Below are positions 9,063 through 17,574 of a stretch of DNA of 64,000 bases, piece after piece. The position numbers and the translations under genes were made by a program. A model generated the notes under the pieces. That model searched no databases. It was not told the DNA's origin and was given only the letters and a program-made list of their open reading frames with translations. The DNA is from Marispirochaeta sp. (GTDB taxonomy: Bacteria; Spirochaetota; Spirochaetia; JC444; Marispirochaetaceae). Where the stretch lies: the NCBI GenBank assembly GCA_963676835.2, contig CAXXFF010000001.1, positions 1-64,000 of the forward strand, written 5' to 3'. Each line of letters opens with the position of its first letter. The stretch's first letter is position 1.

Positions 9063-9689
9063 GTGAAAAGGTTAGAAATGAAAATAATATTAGCTGATAT
9101 TAACATAAACATGACAGACGCATGGACAAAAGAATTCTCTGGTTATAAAAACATTTCAATAGTTAACGATAGTATTTTTAACGTGAAAAGTGATGCAATT
9201 ATCTCCCCTGCAAATAGCTTTGGTATTATGGATGGAGGAATTGATGGCAAATTACGTGATTTCTTCGGGATATCGATTGAAACTGCTGTAAGAACTAAAA
9301 TAACACAAGAATATTGGGGCGAGTTGCCTGTCGGCAGTGCTATTATTGTTCAGACAGGCAATAATCAATTTCCTTATATGATTTCAGCACCAACCATGCG
9401 GGTTCCAGAAGAAGTTTATAATTCTCTTAATGCTTACTTAGCCATGAGAGCAATCCTTACTTTAGCACAAACAATTAAAGAAATAAACACAATAGCAGTG
9501 CCTGGATTATGTGCCCTTTCAGGTAGGATGCCTTATGAAATTGTTGCACGGCAAATGAGAGTGGCCTACGATAAAATCATTATTGGCAGTATACAATATA
9601 GCCATTGGAGAGAAGAAAAGCAGCTTCAGAGTTATTTGAAGTGTGAAACTGATCAGCTACCATATGATTTAGAAAAGCATAAGCATTAA
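9063..9689 (+). CDS. Macrodomain (ADP-ribose-binding/hydrolase) protein; ATG 9078 is an alternative start
   Basis: SPANSFGIMDGGID, APTMRVP, AVPGL motifs. Confidence 0.88.
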   Translation: MKRLEMKIILADININMTDAWTKEFSGYKNISIVNDSIFNVKSDAIISPANSFGIMDGGIDGKLRDFFGISIETAVRTKITQEYWGELPVGSAIIVQTGNNQFPYMISAPTMRVPEEVYNSLNAYLAMRAILTLAQTIKEINTIAVPGLCALSGRMPYEIVARQMRVAYDKIIIGSIQYSHWREEKQLQSYLKCETDQLPYDLEKHKH

Positions 9690-9808
9690 AGAAAAGCAAA
9701 CCTTGATAAGAAATTAAATAGTGGAGAATAGTTTATAAGGATATATGAAAACGATTATGCTATCGGACTCAAAAATTATTGCACTATTCTTTATATGGAG
9801 AGATAATT

Positions 9809-10060
9809 ATGGAAGTTCAGGATAACACCGTATATGTATTCAGATCGACAATAGGTGATTTTGTCATAAAGTATATTCCTTCTTCTAAAAAGTGGCTGCT
9901 TTCTGTTAATGACACCGGCTATGGATTATTTCCATCAGCAGCCGAAGCTGCTGATAGTGTTAACCGGCAAAAAAGCGGTTTTTACAAATGGGATGAACTT
10001 GAACAGATTTCAGAAACCGTCCCCTGTGGAATAGACCAGTGGGAAGTCTTTAATCCATAG
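9809..10060 (+). CDS. Small hypothetical protein (83 aa)
   Basis: GGAG RBS before ATG 9809; Trp/Gly-patterned sequence looks protein-like. Confidence 0.65.
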   Translation: MEVQDNTVYVFRSTIGDFVIKYIPSSKKWLLSVNDTGYGLFPSAAEAADSVNRQKSGFYKWDELEQISETVPCGIDQWEVFNP

Positions 10061-10081
10061 CCCGGAGACTGATAAATCTAC

Positions 10082-10864
10082 CTACCAGCCTCCGGAGGCG
10101 CCACCGCCGCCAAAACCGCCGCCACCGCCGGAGAAACCTCCGAATCCTCCGCCGCTGGAAAATCCTCCGGAAGATCTGCCGTAATGTCTCCTTGGTCCGC
10201 TCCCGAGCATGGCGCCCCATAGAAGTGCAGAACCAAAAGAACCGCCGCGCCTTCTTCTTCTGAACGCTGCACTTATCGCCAGTATCACAAAGAAAGCAAT
10301 AAAGTTAAAAGCTCCGCCGCTTGACGAACGGGAAGGCTGAGAAGACCGGACTTGTGAATCGGATATCTGAACCGTCCCGGCTATTATACCGCCAATAGCT
10401 TCAACCGCATTTGCTATTCCTGCATCAAAATTTCCAGCTTTGAATGCCGGCTGAATAATGGACCTGATAATATAGCCCGATTTCATATCTGTCAGTGTCC
10501 CTTCGAGACCATAACCCACTTCTATACGTATTTTCTTTTCACTTAATGCTATAAGAAGCAATACTCCATTATCCGAACCTGCCTGTCCAAGCTTCCATGA
10601 ATCAGCAACCTGGATGGAATAATCCTCAATAGTAGTACCCTGAAGACTCTTTACGGTCAGTACAGCTATTTGCGCTCCTGTCTTTTCTTCCACAGCAGTC
10701 AGATATTGATTAATGCTGCTCTCTGTTGATGAAGAAATTAAATTCGCATTGTCGGTAACCCGCTCATTGAGTGCCGGGACTTCGAGTGCAGTTATGGGTA
10801 CTGCCAGGAATAGACAAGCCAGAAAGGCCATAGGAATATATAGTTTTGATAGCTTATTTTTCAT
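10082..10864 (-). CDS. TPM-domain (YgcG-like) membrane protein with Gly-rich tail
   Basis: Signal peptide, VTDNA, QIAVLTV, IRIEVGYGLEG, GGGFGGGGASGGW. Confidence 0.92.
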   Translation of the reverse strand: MKNKLSKLYIPMAFLACLFLAVPITALEVPALNERVTDNANLISSSTESSINQYLTAVEEKTGAQIAVLTVKSLQGTTIEDYSIQVADSWKLGQAGSDNGVLLLIALSEKKIRIEVGYGLEGTLTDMKSGYIIRSIIQPAFKAGNFDAGIANAVEAIGGIIAGTVQISDSQVRSSQPSRSSSGGAFNFIAFFVILAISAAFRRRRRGGSFGSALLWGAMLGSGPRRHYGRSSGGFSSGGGFGGFSGGGGGFGGGGASGGW

Positions 10865-10867
10865 ATT

Positions 10868-11533
10868 TCAACTCAATTCCTGCGGACGATTGTCCAGTTC
10901 GTCAGTATCATCTTTCCTTCGCGTAATATGCTGTGTAAGAATTTTACCGCAATCTTCTACGCTTGCAATAATACCGTCTGTAAGTGCCCCATGAGAAATG
11001 GACAGGGTAAGATCATGAACAATTTTATCCCAGGTGCCGGGTTCAACCTTTTTATTTATACCCTGATCAGCAAGTATCACGGCCTTTCTTTCCAGCATGG
11101 ATATGAAAATGAGTATTCCCGTCCGATCCACTGTATCGCACGCACCGGATTCAATAAAATGAAGAAGAGCGCGTTTCTGCACTGCCAATTCCATTTTTTT
11201 TCGGGATACAATCAGTCGGTCAATAAAAGGGAATTGTGCAGCTGCGTATAAAAAAGCGCCTGAAATTATACCTGTCAAACCATATAAGAAGGGCAGCCGC
11301 GACGAATTGAATCCCCAGAAAATTCCAGACAGGAAATCTTCTATTGCTGATCCGGAAAGGACAGATATATTGAAAACCAGAAATCCACCGATTAAAGCAA
11401 AAATAATTTCATTGAATCCATAATCATCGGATTCAGCTATAACGGCAGTAACAATTTCTGCACCGGTTCCGGACTCAGCTTTTTCCACAGCTGAGCTTAT
11501 CCGTTCCTTGTCGTTTTCTGTTAAAATTGCCAT
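10868..11533 (-). CDS. TPM-domain membrane protein (LemA-associated)
   Basis: AVEKAESGTGAEIV, RTGILIFISMLERKAVILADQGI, DELDN. Confidence 0.88.
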   Translation of the reverse strand: MAILTENDKERISSAVEKAESGTGAEIVTAVIAESDDYGFNEIIFALIGGFLVFNISVLSGSAIEDFLSGIFWGFNSSRLPFLYGLTGIISGAFLYAAAQFPFIDRLIVSRKKMELAVQKRALLHFIESGACDTVDRTGILIFISMLERKAVILADQGINKKVEPGTWDKIVHDLTLSISHGALTDGIIASVEDCGKILTQHITRRKDDTDELDNRPQELS

Positions 11534-11540
11534 AGGCGTG

Positions 11541-12146
11541 TCAGAACTTTACTTCCGGTGCAGAATCCGCACCGCTGGCAGCTGAGAAATATGCTTTTTC
11601 CCTGAATCCAGTCATATTTGCAATAATCACCCGGGGAAACTGACGTATGTAGGTATTGTATCCCTGAGCAGACTCATTAAATCTTTTCCGTTCAACAGAA
11701 ATACGGTTTTCGGTGCCCTCCAGCTGATCCTGAAGTGCAAGAAAGTTCTGGTTCGATTTAAGATCCGGATAGTTTTCAGTCACCACCAGAAGCCGTTGAA
11801 GTGCAGATCCGAGTCCTGACTGTGCTTCCTGGAATCGGTTAAAAGCCTCAGGATTATCAAGGATTGATTCATCCATCTGCATAACTCCACCCGCTCTGCT
11901 TCTGGCTTCAGTAACAGCGGTTAATGTTTCCTGCTCCTGATTAGCATATCCTTTAACTGTCTCAACAAGGTTAGGGATCAAATCAAATCTTCTCTGGTAC
12001 TGATTTTCAACTTGTGCCCATGCTGATTTTACCCCCTCATCGAGGGTGACCATCTTATTATAGGTACCCTTAAAACTGCTGTAGGTTATGAAAATAAACA
12101 GCAGAATGATCCCGAGAATCACCAGCCATATTTTAGACTTCTTCAC
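11541..12146 (-). CDS. lemA: LemA family protein (GTG 12146 has the better RBS; ORF open to 12161)
   Basis: WAQVENQYQRRFDLIPNLV, ENYPDLKSNQNF, LEGTENRI. Confidence 0.95.
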   Translation of the reverse strand: MKKSKIWLVILGIILLFIFITYSSFKGTYNKMVTLDEGVKSAWAQVENQYQRRFDLIPNLVETVKGYANQEQETLTAVTEARSRAGGVMQMDESILDNPEAFNRFQEAQSGLGSALQRLLVVTENYPDLKSNQNFLALQDQLEGTENRISVERKRFNESAQGYNTYIRQFPRVIIANMTGFREKAYFSAASGADSAPEVKF

Positions 12147-12314
12147 CTTAATTGACCTCACTCTTGTAAAAATTAATCTCGATCAAATGAACCATCCAAC
12201 TCTTTTAAATGTACATGTATAATACTTATTATACCCGCCGCCGTCCATATTTTCAGACCTTGCTGTACGGTCAGGTTCTTGTAAATCTCCATAAGCTAAT
12301 TTATTATTGCCGGG

Positions 12315-13736
12315 ATGATTGATTTCAGTTCCCGGCAGAATGTTTACTGTGTCGGTATAAAAGGTACCGGAATGGCAGCTCTTGCAGAGTTCTGCCGCCA
12401 CGCCGGAGCACATGTGGAGGGTTCAGACGTAGCTGAACGCTTCTACACAGATGATATTCTTGAAAGCCTGGATATCCCTGTTCACACTCCTTTTAATGCG
12501 TCAAATCTGCCCGAAAAAATAGATTTTTTGTTTTATAGTGCCGCCTATTCTCCTGAAACAAATCCGGAGTTGAAAGAAGCAGCATCCCGTGGCGTTAAGA
12601 TGTACAGCTATCCTCAGGCACTCGGATTAATTTCTGCCGGCATCCCTGTCGCAGGTATCGCCGGGGTTCATGGAAAGACCACTACCACTGCATTGGCTGG
12701 AACAGTCGCAAAGGAAACCGGCTTCCCTGCAGCTGCCCTCGTCGGGTCTGCAGTTTCCAGTTTCGGCAACCGATCCTGTATGTTCGCTGGGGACAAAGCA
12801 CTTATAGCTGAGACCTGTGAGTACCGCAGACATTTCCTGAACATACATCCACGGTGGATCATTGTTACCAGTATTGAACCGGATCATCTTGATTATTTTT
12901 CAGGTTATGATGATATCTACAACGCATTTATGGAATATACCTTACAACTGCCTGAGGGAGGATCATTAATATACTGCGCTGATGATGCAGGTGCCACACA
13001 GCTCGCCGGTGAGGTTTCTACCAGGCGCTCCGATATCAGGCTCATATCATATGGATTTACTGCGAAGGGAGAGTACAGAATCACTGATAGGGTTCTTAAA
13101 AAGGAACGGCTTGTTATCAGACTGCAGGGTATAGAGCAGGAAATAAGGTTGAGGATCCCGGGAGATCATACTGCCCGTAATGCCGCAGGTGCCGCTGCCC
13201 TAATGCAGACCATGGCGGATGATCTGAAAATATCATTGGATAAATCATCTTTAGCGGAATCTTTTGAATCTTTCAGAGGCAGTAAACGGCGAAGCGAAGT
13301 GATTGGTGAGGCTGGGGGAATCCTTTTTATGGATGATTATGCCCATCATCCGACTGCCATAACAACTACACTGTCCGGCATACGCTCTTTTTACCCTGGA
13401 CGCCGGATTATCGTCGACTTTATGTCCCATACATACTCAAGAACTGAATCGCTGTTGCAGGATTTTGCCGCCGCCTTTTCCGATGCGGACATGGTTATTC
13501 TTCACCGAATTTATGCATCTGCCAGAGAGAAAAAGGGGAATATTACCGGGGAAACCCTGTATAATGAAACAAGAAAACATCATGACACAGTTATCTATAT
13601 TGCAAACCCCGATGATGCACATAAACAGCTCGTTGAAGTGTTAAAACCGGGAGATCTCTTCATTACCATGGGGGCCGGCGATAACTGGCATGTGGCCTAT
13701 AAACTGTATGATCTTATAAGATCAGAAGGGGAATAA
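12315..13736 (+). CDS. murC: UDP-N-acetylmuramate--L-alanine ligase
   Basis: GIKGTGM, GVHGKTTTT, DHLD, DDYAHHP, MGAG. Confidence 0.95.
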   Translation: MIDFSSRQNVYCVGIKGTGMAALAEFCRHAGAHVEGSDVAERFYTDDILESLDIPVHTPFNASNLPEKIDFLFYSAAYSPETNPELKEAASRGVKMYSYPQALGLISAGIPVAGIAGVHGKTTTTALAGTVAKETGFPAAALVGSAVSSFGNRSCMFAGDKALIAETCEYRRHFLNIHPRWIIVTSIEPDHLDYFSGYDDIYNAFMEYTLQLPEGGSLIYCADDAGATQLAGEVSTRRSDIRLISYGFTAKGEYRITDRVLKKERLVIRLQGIEQEIRLRIPGDHTARNAAGAAALMQTMADDLKISLDKSSLAESFESFRGSKRRSEVIGEAGGILFMDDYAHHPTAITTTLSGIRSFYPGRRIIVDFMSHTYSRTESLLQDFAAAFSDADMVILHRIYASAREKKGNITGETLYNETRKHHDTVIYIANPDDAHKQLVEVLKPGDLFITMGAGDNWHVAYKLYDLIRSEGE

Positions 13737-13737
13737 A

Positions 13738-14604
13738 ATGATAAGCATGACCGGATTCGGTTATTGTGAACTGGAAAAACCGGAATACTATCTTTCTGTA
13801 GAATTGAAATCATATAATAACCGATACCTGGATCTGCAGGTCAATTTGCCGTCATTTCTCAGTCCTCTGGAAGCGCGGGTGCGTGAGTTTGTCGCCGCAA
13901 GGGTCAGGCGCGGCCGTGTTGAGGTCTACATACGGCTTCGGGAACTTGAAGAATCAATCACAGTTCACCTTGATAACCAGGTGGCGATGGAATATACAAA
14001 AATTTTGCATGAACTCATCAATACTACCGGCATAAAAGATGAAGTTAAACTTCAGCATTTACTGCAGATGGATGGAATACTGAAAAGCACCAAGTCCAGA
14101 GATATCGACCAGGTCTGGAATAAAATAGAACCAGCCCTTGAAAAAGCTGTTTCAGACTTCAACACTTCCCGGGCGACAGAAGGGGCAGCAACTGAAGCCG
14201 ATATTCTCAGACAGCTTGCAGTAATTGAAAATTCCCTGGCGGAAATAACGGAGATGAGCGGAGAACTGGAAAGTTATTTCAGTTCCACTGTTCGGGAAAA
14301 ATTTCTTGAGGTTGTAGGAGATCAGATTGAAGAATCGAGGATTCTGACTGAAATAGCCGCTCTAATGGTAAAGTATTCCATCAATGAAGAGATCGTCCGC
14401 ATGGGTCAGCACCTGAAAAGTTTCAAAGAAATAACTTCTTCATCTGAAGGGTCGGGCAAGAAACTTGATTTTCTAGCCCAGGAAATACATCGGGAAATTA
14501 ATACAATCGGATCTAAAAGCATCAAATACGATATAAGCGAAAATGTTGTATCTATGAAAGATGCCCTTGAGAATATACGGGAGCAGCTGAGAAATGTCGA
14601 ATAA
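13738..14604 (+). CDS. yicC: YicC/YloC family endoribonuclease
   Basis: SMTGFG, NNRYLD, GKKLDFLAQEIHREINTIGSK. Confidence 0.95.
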   Translation: MISMTGFGYCELEKPEYYLSVELKSYNNRYLDLQVNLPSFLSPLEARVREFVAARVRRGRVEVYIRLRELEESITVHLDNQVAMEYTKILHELINTTGIKDEVKLQHLLQMDGILKSTKSRDIDQVWNKIEPALEKAVSDFNTSRATEGAATEADILRQLAVIENSLAEITEMSGELESYFSSTVREKFLEVVGDQIEESRILTEIAALMVKYSINEEIVRMGQHLKSFKEITSSSEGSGKKLDFLAQEIHREINTIGSKSIKYDISENVVSMKDALENIREQLRNVE

Positions 14605-15133
14605 GCGGAATATTATCGCAATTTCAGGTAAAAGCGGGTGCGGTAATACCACAGTCACAAACCTGGTAGCCGAAAAACTTGGATTCAGGGTTATAAACTA
14701 TACATTCCGTACCATGGCAGAAGAGAAAGGTTTGCCCTTTGAAGACATGTGTGCCCTGGCTGAACAGGATGACAGCTACGATCTCGATCTTGATGAAAAG
14801 CAGACCCAACTGGCGATGGAAGGAAACTGTGTTTTAGGATCCCGCCTGGCAATCTGGCTTTTAAAAGACAAGGCAGATCTTACTGTATTCCTCGATGCAA
14901 GTCAGGAGGTACGATCTAAACGTATCTCTGCACGGGAAGGAAAAACAGATATCGAAGCATTTGAAAAAACCGTAGCCCGGGATAAGCGCGACCATGAACG
15001 TTATAAACGAATCTATTCGATTGATAACGATAATTACCGGTTTGCAGATCTTATCATCGATTCCGGCAGGTACGATCAATACCGTATTGCAGAAATGATC
15101 ATTACCGAATTCCTTAATCGTTCGCAGGATTGA
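14594..15133 (+). CDS. Cytidylate kinase, type 2 (archaeal-like)
   Basis: IAISGKSGCGNTT, FRTMAEEKG, GSRLA, RYKRIY. Confidence 0.85.
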   Translation: MSNKRNIIAISGKSGCGNTTVTNLVAEKLGFRVINYTFRTMAEEKGLPFEDMCALAEQDDSYDLDLDEKQTQLAMEGNCVLGSRLAIWLLKDKADLTVFLDASQEVRSKRISAREGKTDIEAFEKTVARDKRDHERYKRIYSIDNDNYRFADLIIDSGRYDQYRIAEMIITEFLNRSQD

Positions 15134-15159
15134 TTTTTATATTAAACTCGGGATATAAT
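15130..15159 (+). promoter_or_regulatory. Putative sigma70 promoter upstream of rpoZ
   Basis: TTGATT-18 bp-TATAAT. Confidence 0.45.
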
Positions 15160-15188
15160 ACGGCCACATAAGAAAACAGGCGGGTAGA

Positions 15189-15380
15189 ATGATAATTCCA
15201 CTGGATTTACTGGTTGATAATACTGACAACGTTTATGAATTGACATGTGCTGCTATCAGACGAGCCGTACAAATTACTGTTACCGGCGAGGAAGAGATAG
15301 AAGCAAACGGCGGCAAAGTAGTATCCACTGCCATAGCACAGGTGCTTACCCAGACTGTACAGTACCGTCTTGAAGAATAG
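15189..15380 (+). CDS. rpoZ: RNA polymerase omega subunit
   Basis: NVYELTCAAIRRAVQI, KVVSTAI; position between kinase and miaA. Confidence 0.85.
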   Translation: MIIPLDLLVDNTDNVYELTCAAIRRAVQITVTGEEEIEANGGKVVSTAIAQVLTQTVQYRLEE

Positions 15381-16335
15381 CATCATCTTTCCAGAAGAAA
15401 TCATGCCACCGGTTTTGCCGGTGGTTTTTCTTTTTGGTCCCACCGGAGTAGGCAAAACAGATCTTATAGAAAACCTGTCAGGGTCTGCTTATGAAATTGT
15501 AAGCGCCGATTCCATGCAGGTGTATATAGGGATGGATATCGGCACAGCCAAACCTGAGCTGTCTTTACGGAAAAAAATCCAACATCATCTTATAGATATC
15601 TGTACTCCGGACATTCAGTTCCATCTGGGCGAATTCCTCCGCCGTGCAGACAAAGCCTGTTTTGAAATTTTAGGCCGTGGCAAGATACCGGTTATCTCCG
15701 GAGGTACAGCTTATTACTTTAAACATTTCCTGTTCGGCCTGCCGAACGCTCCTGAGTCTGATCCTGAAATACGTGATGCTCTGCAGGAAGAACTGAACTC
15801 CCGCGGCAGTCAGGTGCTGTTAAACGAACTTTCCAGTGTGGATCCTGTGTCCTATGAAAGAATAGCACCGTCAGATCACTACAGAATAATGAGGGCGCTG
15901 GAAGTTTACCGTGTTAGCGGAAAACCTCTCTCATCCTTTTCTGTCCCCGAGGTGCTCCGCGATGGGCTGAAACCTTTGATTATAGGTCTTCAACGCCCCA
16001 GGGAAGAACTCTACCGCCGAATCAATGAACGTGTTGATTCCATGTTCAGGTCAGGGCTTGTGGATGAAATCACAAGATTGACGAGTCAGGGATATACTTC
16101 GATCGATCCGGGTATGAAAGCCATAGGGTATAAAGAGTTTTTTCAATCAGAAAATGGATCCGGTGAATTTGACCTCAGCCTGGTTAAACAGGAAATACAG
16201 AAAAACAGCCGCCGTTATGCAAAAAGGCAAATCACTTTTTTCAAGGCAATCCCTGAAACCATGTGGATATCTCCGGAGAAACAAGAAGATATCATGAAAC
16301 TCATAGAAAACTTCAGGGAAGAAAACAGGTTATAG
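15370..16335 (+). CDS. miaA: tRNA dimethylallyltransferase
   Basis: GPTGVGKT, ADSMQVY, DIGTAKP, YAKRQITF. Confidence 0.96.
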   Translation: MKNSIIFPEEIMPPVLPVVFLFGPTGVGKTDLIENLSGSAYEIVSADSMQVYIGMDIGTAKPELSLRKKIQHHLIDICTPDIQFHLGEFLRRADKACFEILGRGKIPVISGGTAYYFKHFLFGLPNAPESDPEIRDALQEELNSRGSQVLLNELSSVDPVSYERIAPSDHYRIMRALEVYRVSGKPLSSFSVPEVLRDGLKPLIIGLQRPREELYRRINERVDSMFRSGLVDEITRLTSQGYTSIDPGMKAIGYKEFFQSENGSGEFDLSLVKQEIQKNSRRYAKRQITFFKAIPETMWISPEKQEDIMKLIENFREENRL

Positions 16336-16899
16336 CAGATCGGTTTCCGAAAATCGGGTTACCGTAAAGGACTGGTATCTGGTTTTTCCGTCTTTAAGAA
16401 TTTCCGGAGTTAGTCCTGCTTTAAAACATGTGTGCTCTACAAATTCCTTCACACCCCAGCCCTGTTCGCTAGCCACCTGGGGTAGTAGCACACCACTGTT
16501 TGGACCGTAAATAATATAGAGCCCGTGAATGCCGGGAATTATAGAAAACGGATCCTCAATAGTCTCCATTGGAGACAGCACTGAGATCTCTATTATGAGT
16601 TTATTAAGCTCTTCCTTAAGCACCGGTGAAAAGCGGGGATCATGAAAAGCACTCGATGCAGCCATGGCAGATACAGTCTCATGAAGGGGCAACCTGCCGG
16701 TCATTGTACCAATGCAACCTCTCAGGTTTCCGTTTTCTTTTAATGTTACAAATGCACCACAGACAATATGGAGGGCACTGTTTTCTGCTGCAGCGTCGGG
16801 AATAAGCTCCTCATCCTTGACAGGAAGATTCAAGTCCCGGCAAATACGGTTTCTGGCTATAGTTAGAAGCAGGATTTTTTCTTTATCTGAAATTTTCGT
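16330..16899 (-). CDS. AMMECR1-domain protein (AmmeMemoRadiSam protein A); likely start near 16899
   Basis: GAFVTL, LRGCIG, DPRF, EISVLSP, LLPQVA; frame stays open upstream of TTG 16833 with family-like EKILLLTIAR. Confidence 0.88.
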   Translation of the reverse strand, partial: TKISDKEKILLLTIARNRICRDLNLPVKDEELIPDAAAENSALHIVCGAFVTLKENGNLRGCIGTMTGRLPLHETVSAMAASSAFHDPRFSPVLKEELNKLIIEISVLSPMETIEDPFSIIPGIHGLYIIYGPNSGVLLPQVASEQGWGVKEFVEHTCFKAGLTPEILKDGKTRYQSFTVTRFSETDLL

Positions 16900-16977
16900 A
16901 GAACAACTCCTGTATATTCAATTCTACCAGTATATGTCCCGAATAGCAAAAAAAACGAGCAAAGATATTTTTGCGGA

Positions 16978-17574
16978 CTATTCGTCCAGGCCTGTTATAT
17001 AAAAGAGAAGCGGCTTGGGGGTAGAAAAAACAGTTGTTATTGTTTTCATTATAACTTTCATTAACTCGGTACTGCTGCTGCCCGTAATAATCGGAAGCAC
17101 GTCACCATAATACCCGAGAAAACCCAATATGGTCAGAGGAATATCAAAAGCCGGATCTTCTTCAAAACGAACACGGTCCGGGAGAAACAGAGTTGAAGCC
17201 TCTGTCATTCTGTTGACAATTTCTGTATTTATGGTAAATCGCCTAAACGGTGTATTGAATCCCCTGTAATCCGGAAGCCATATGTTCTCTTCTTCGTCCC
17301 TTAAACTTTGAGCAAGCATGATTATGCAAGGCACAGTCCCGAACATTGCGGACGCGTTTTTTAATACGGCGATGTTAGTTGGCCCTGAATATTTAAATGC
17401 CCCGCGTAATAATTTATTTTGCTGTTCTTTTGCTATGAGGGCCGCCCCTGAATTTTTTTCTGTATCTTTAAAAAGTTGTTCCATTTCTTCAGTTTCTTCC
17501 GGAAAAAACTGACCACGGGTTAAGAGGGGGCGGAATCCGTCCTCTGCGGCACTCAGCCTGTATTCAGTCATCAC
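16978..17574 (-). CDS. Divergent, shortened MEMO1-like protein (AmmeMemoRadiSam protein B-like)
   Basis: RPLLTRGQFFP N-terminus, F(N)TPF, adjacency to AMMECR1; metal-binding His residues not visible. Confidence 0.55.
   Translation of the reverse strand: MMTEYRLSAAEDGFRPLLTRGQFFPEETEEMEQLFKDTEKNSGAALIAKEQQNKLLRGAFKYSGPTNIAVLKNASAMFGTVPCIIMLAQSLRDEEENIWLPDYRGFNTPFRRFTINTEIVNRMTEASTLFLPDRVRFEEDPAFDIPLTILGFLGYYGDVLPIITGSSSTELMKVIMKTITTVFSTPKPLLFYITGLDE

Noticed and set aside
1..10060. Integron integrase or prophage genes
   Set aside because: No tyrosine-recombinase motifs or phage structural genes in any ORF in the window.
10082..10180. GC-rich CCGCC repeats
   Set aside because: They simply encode the Gly-rich tail of the TPM protein.
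14594..15133. Second cytidylate kinase where gmk usually sits (yicC-x-rpoZ) as a novelty
   Set aside because: To my knowledge murC-yicC-cmk2-rpoZ-miaA is an arrangement already seen in spirochaetes such as Borrelia.
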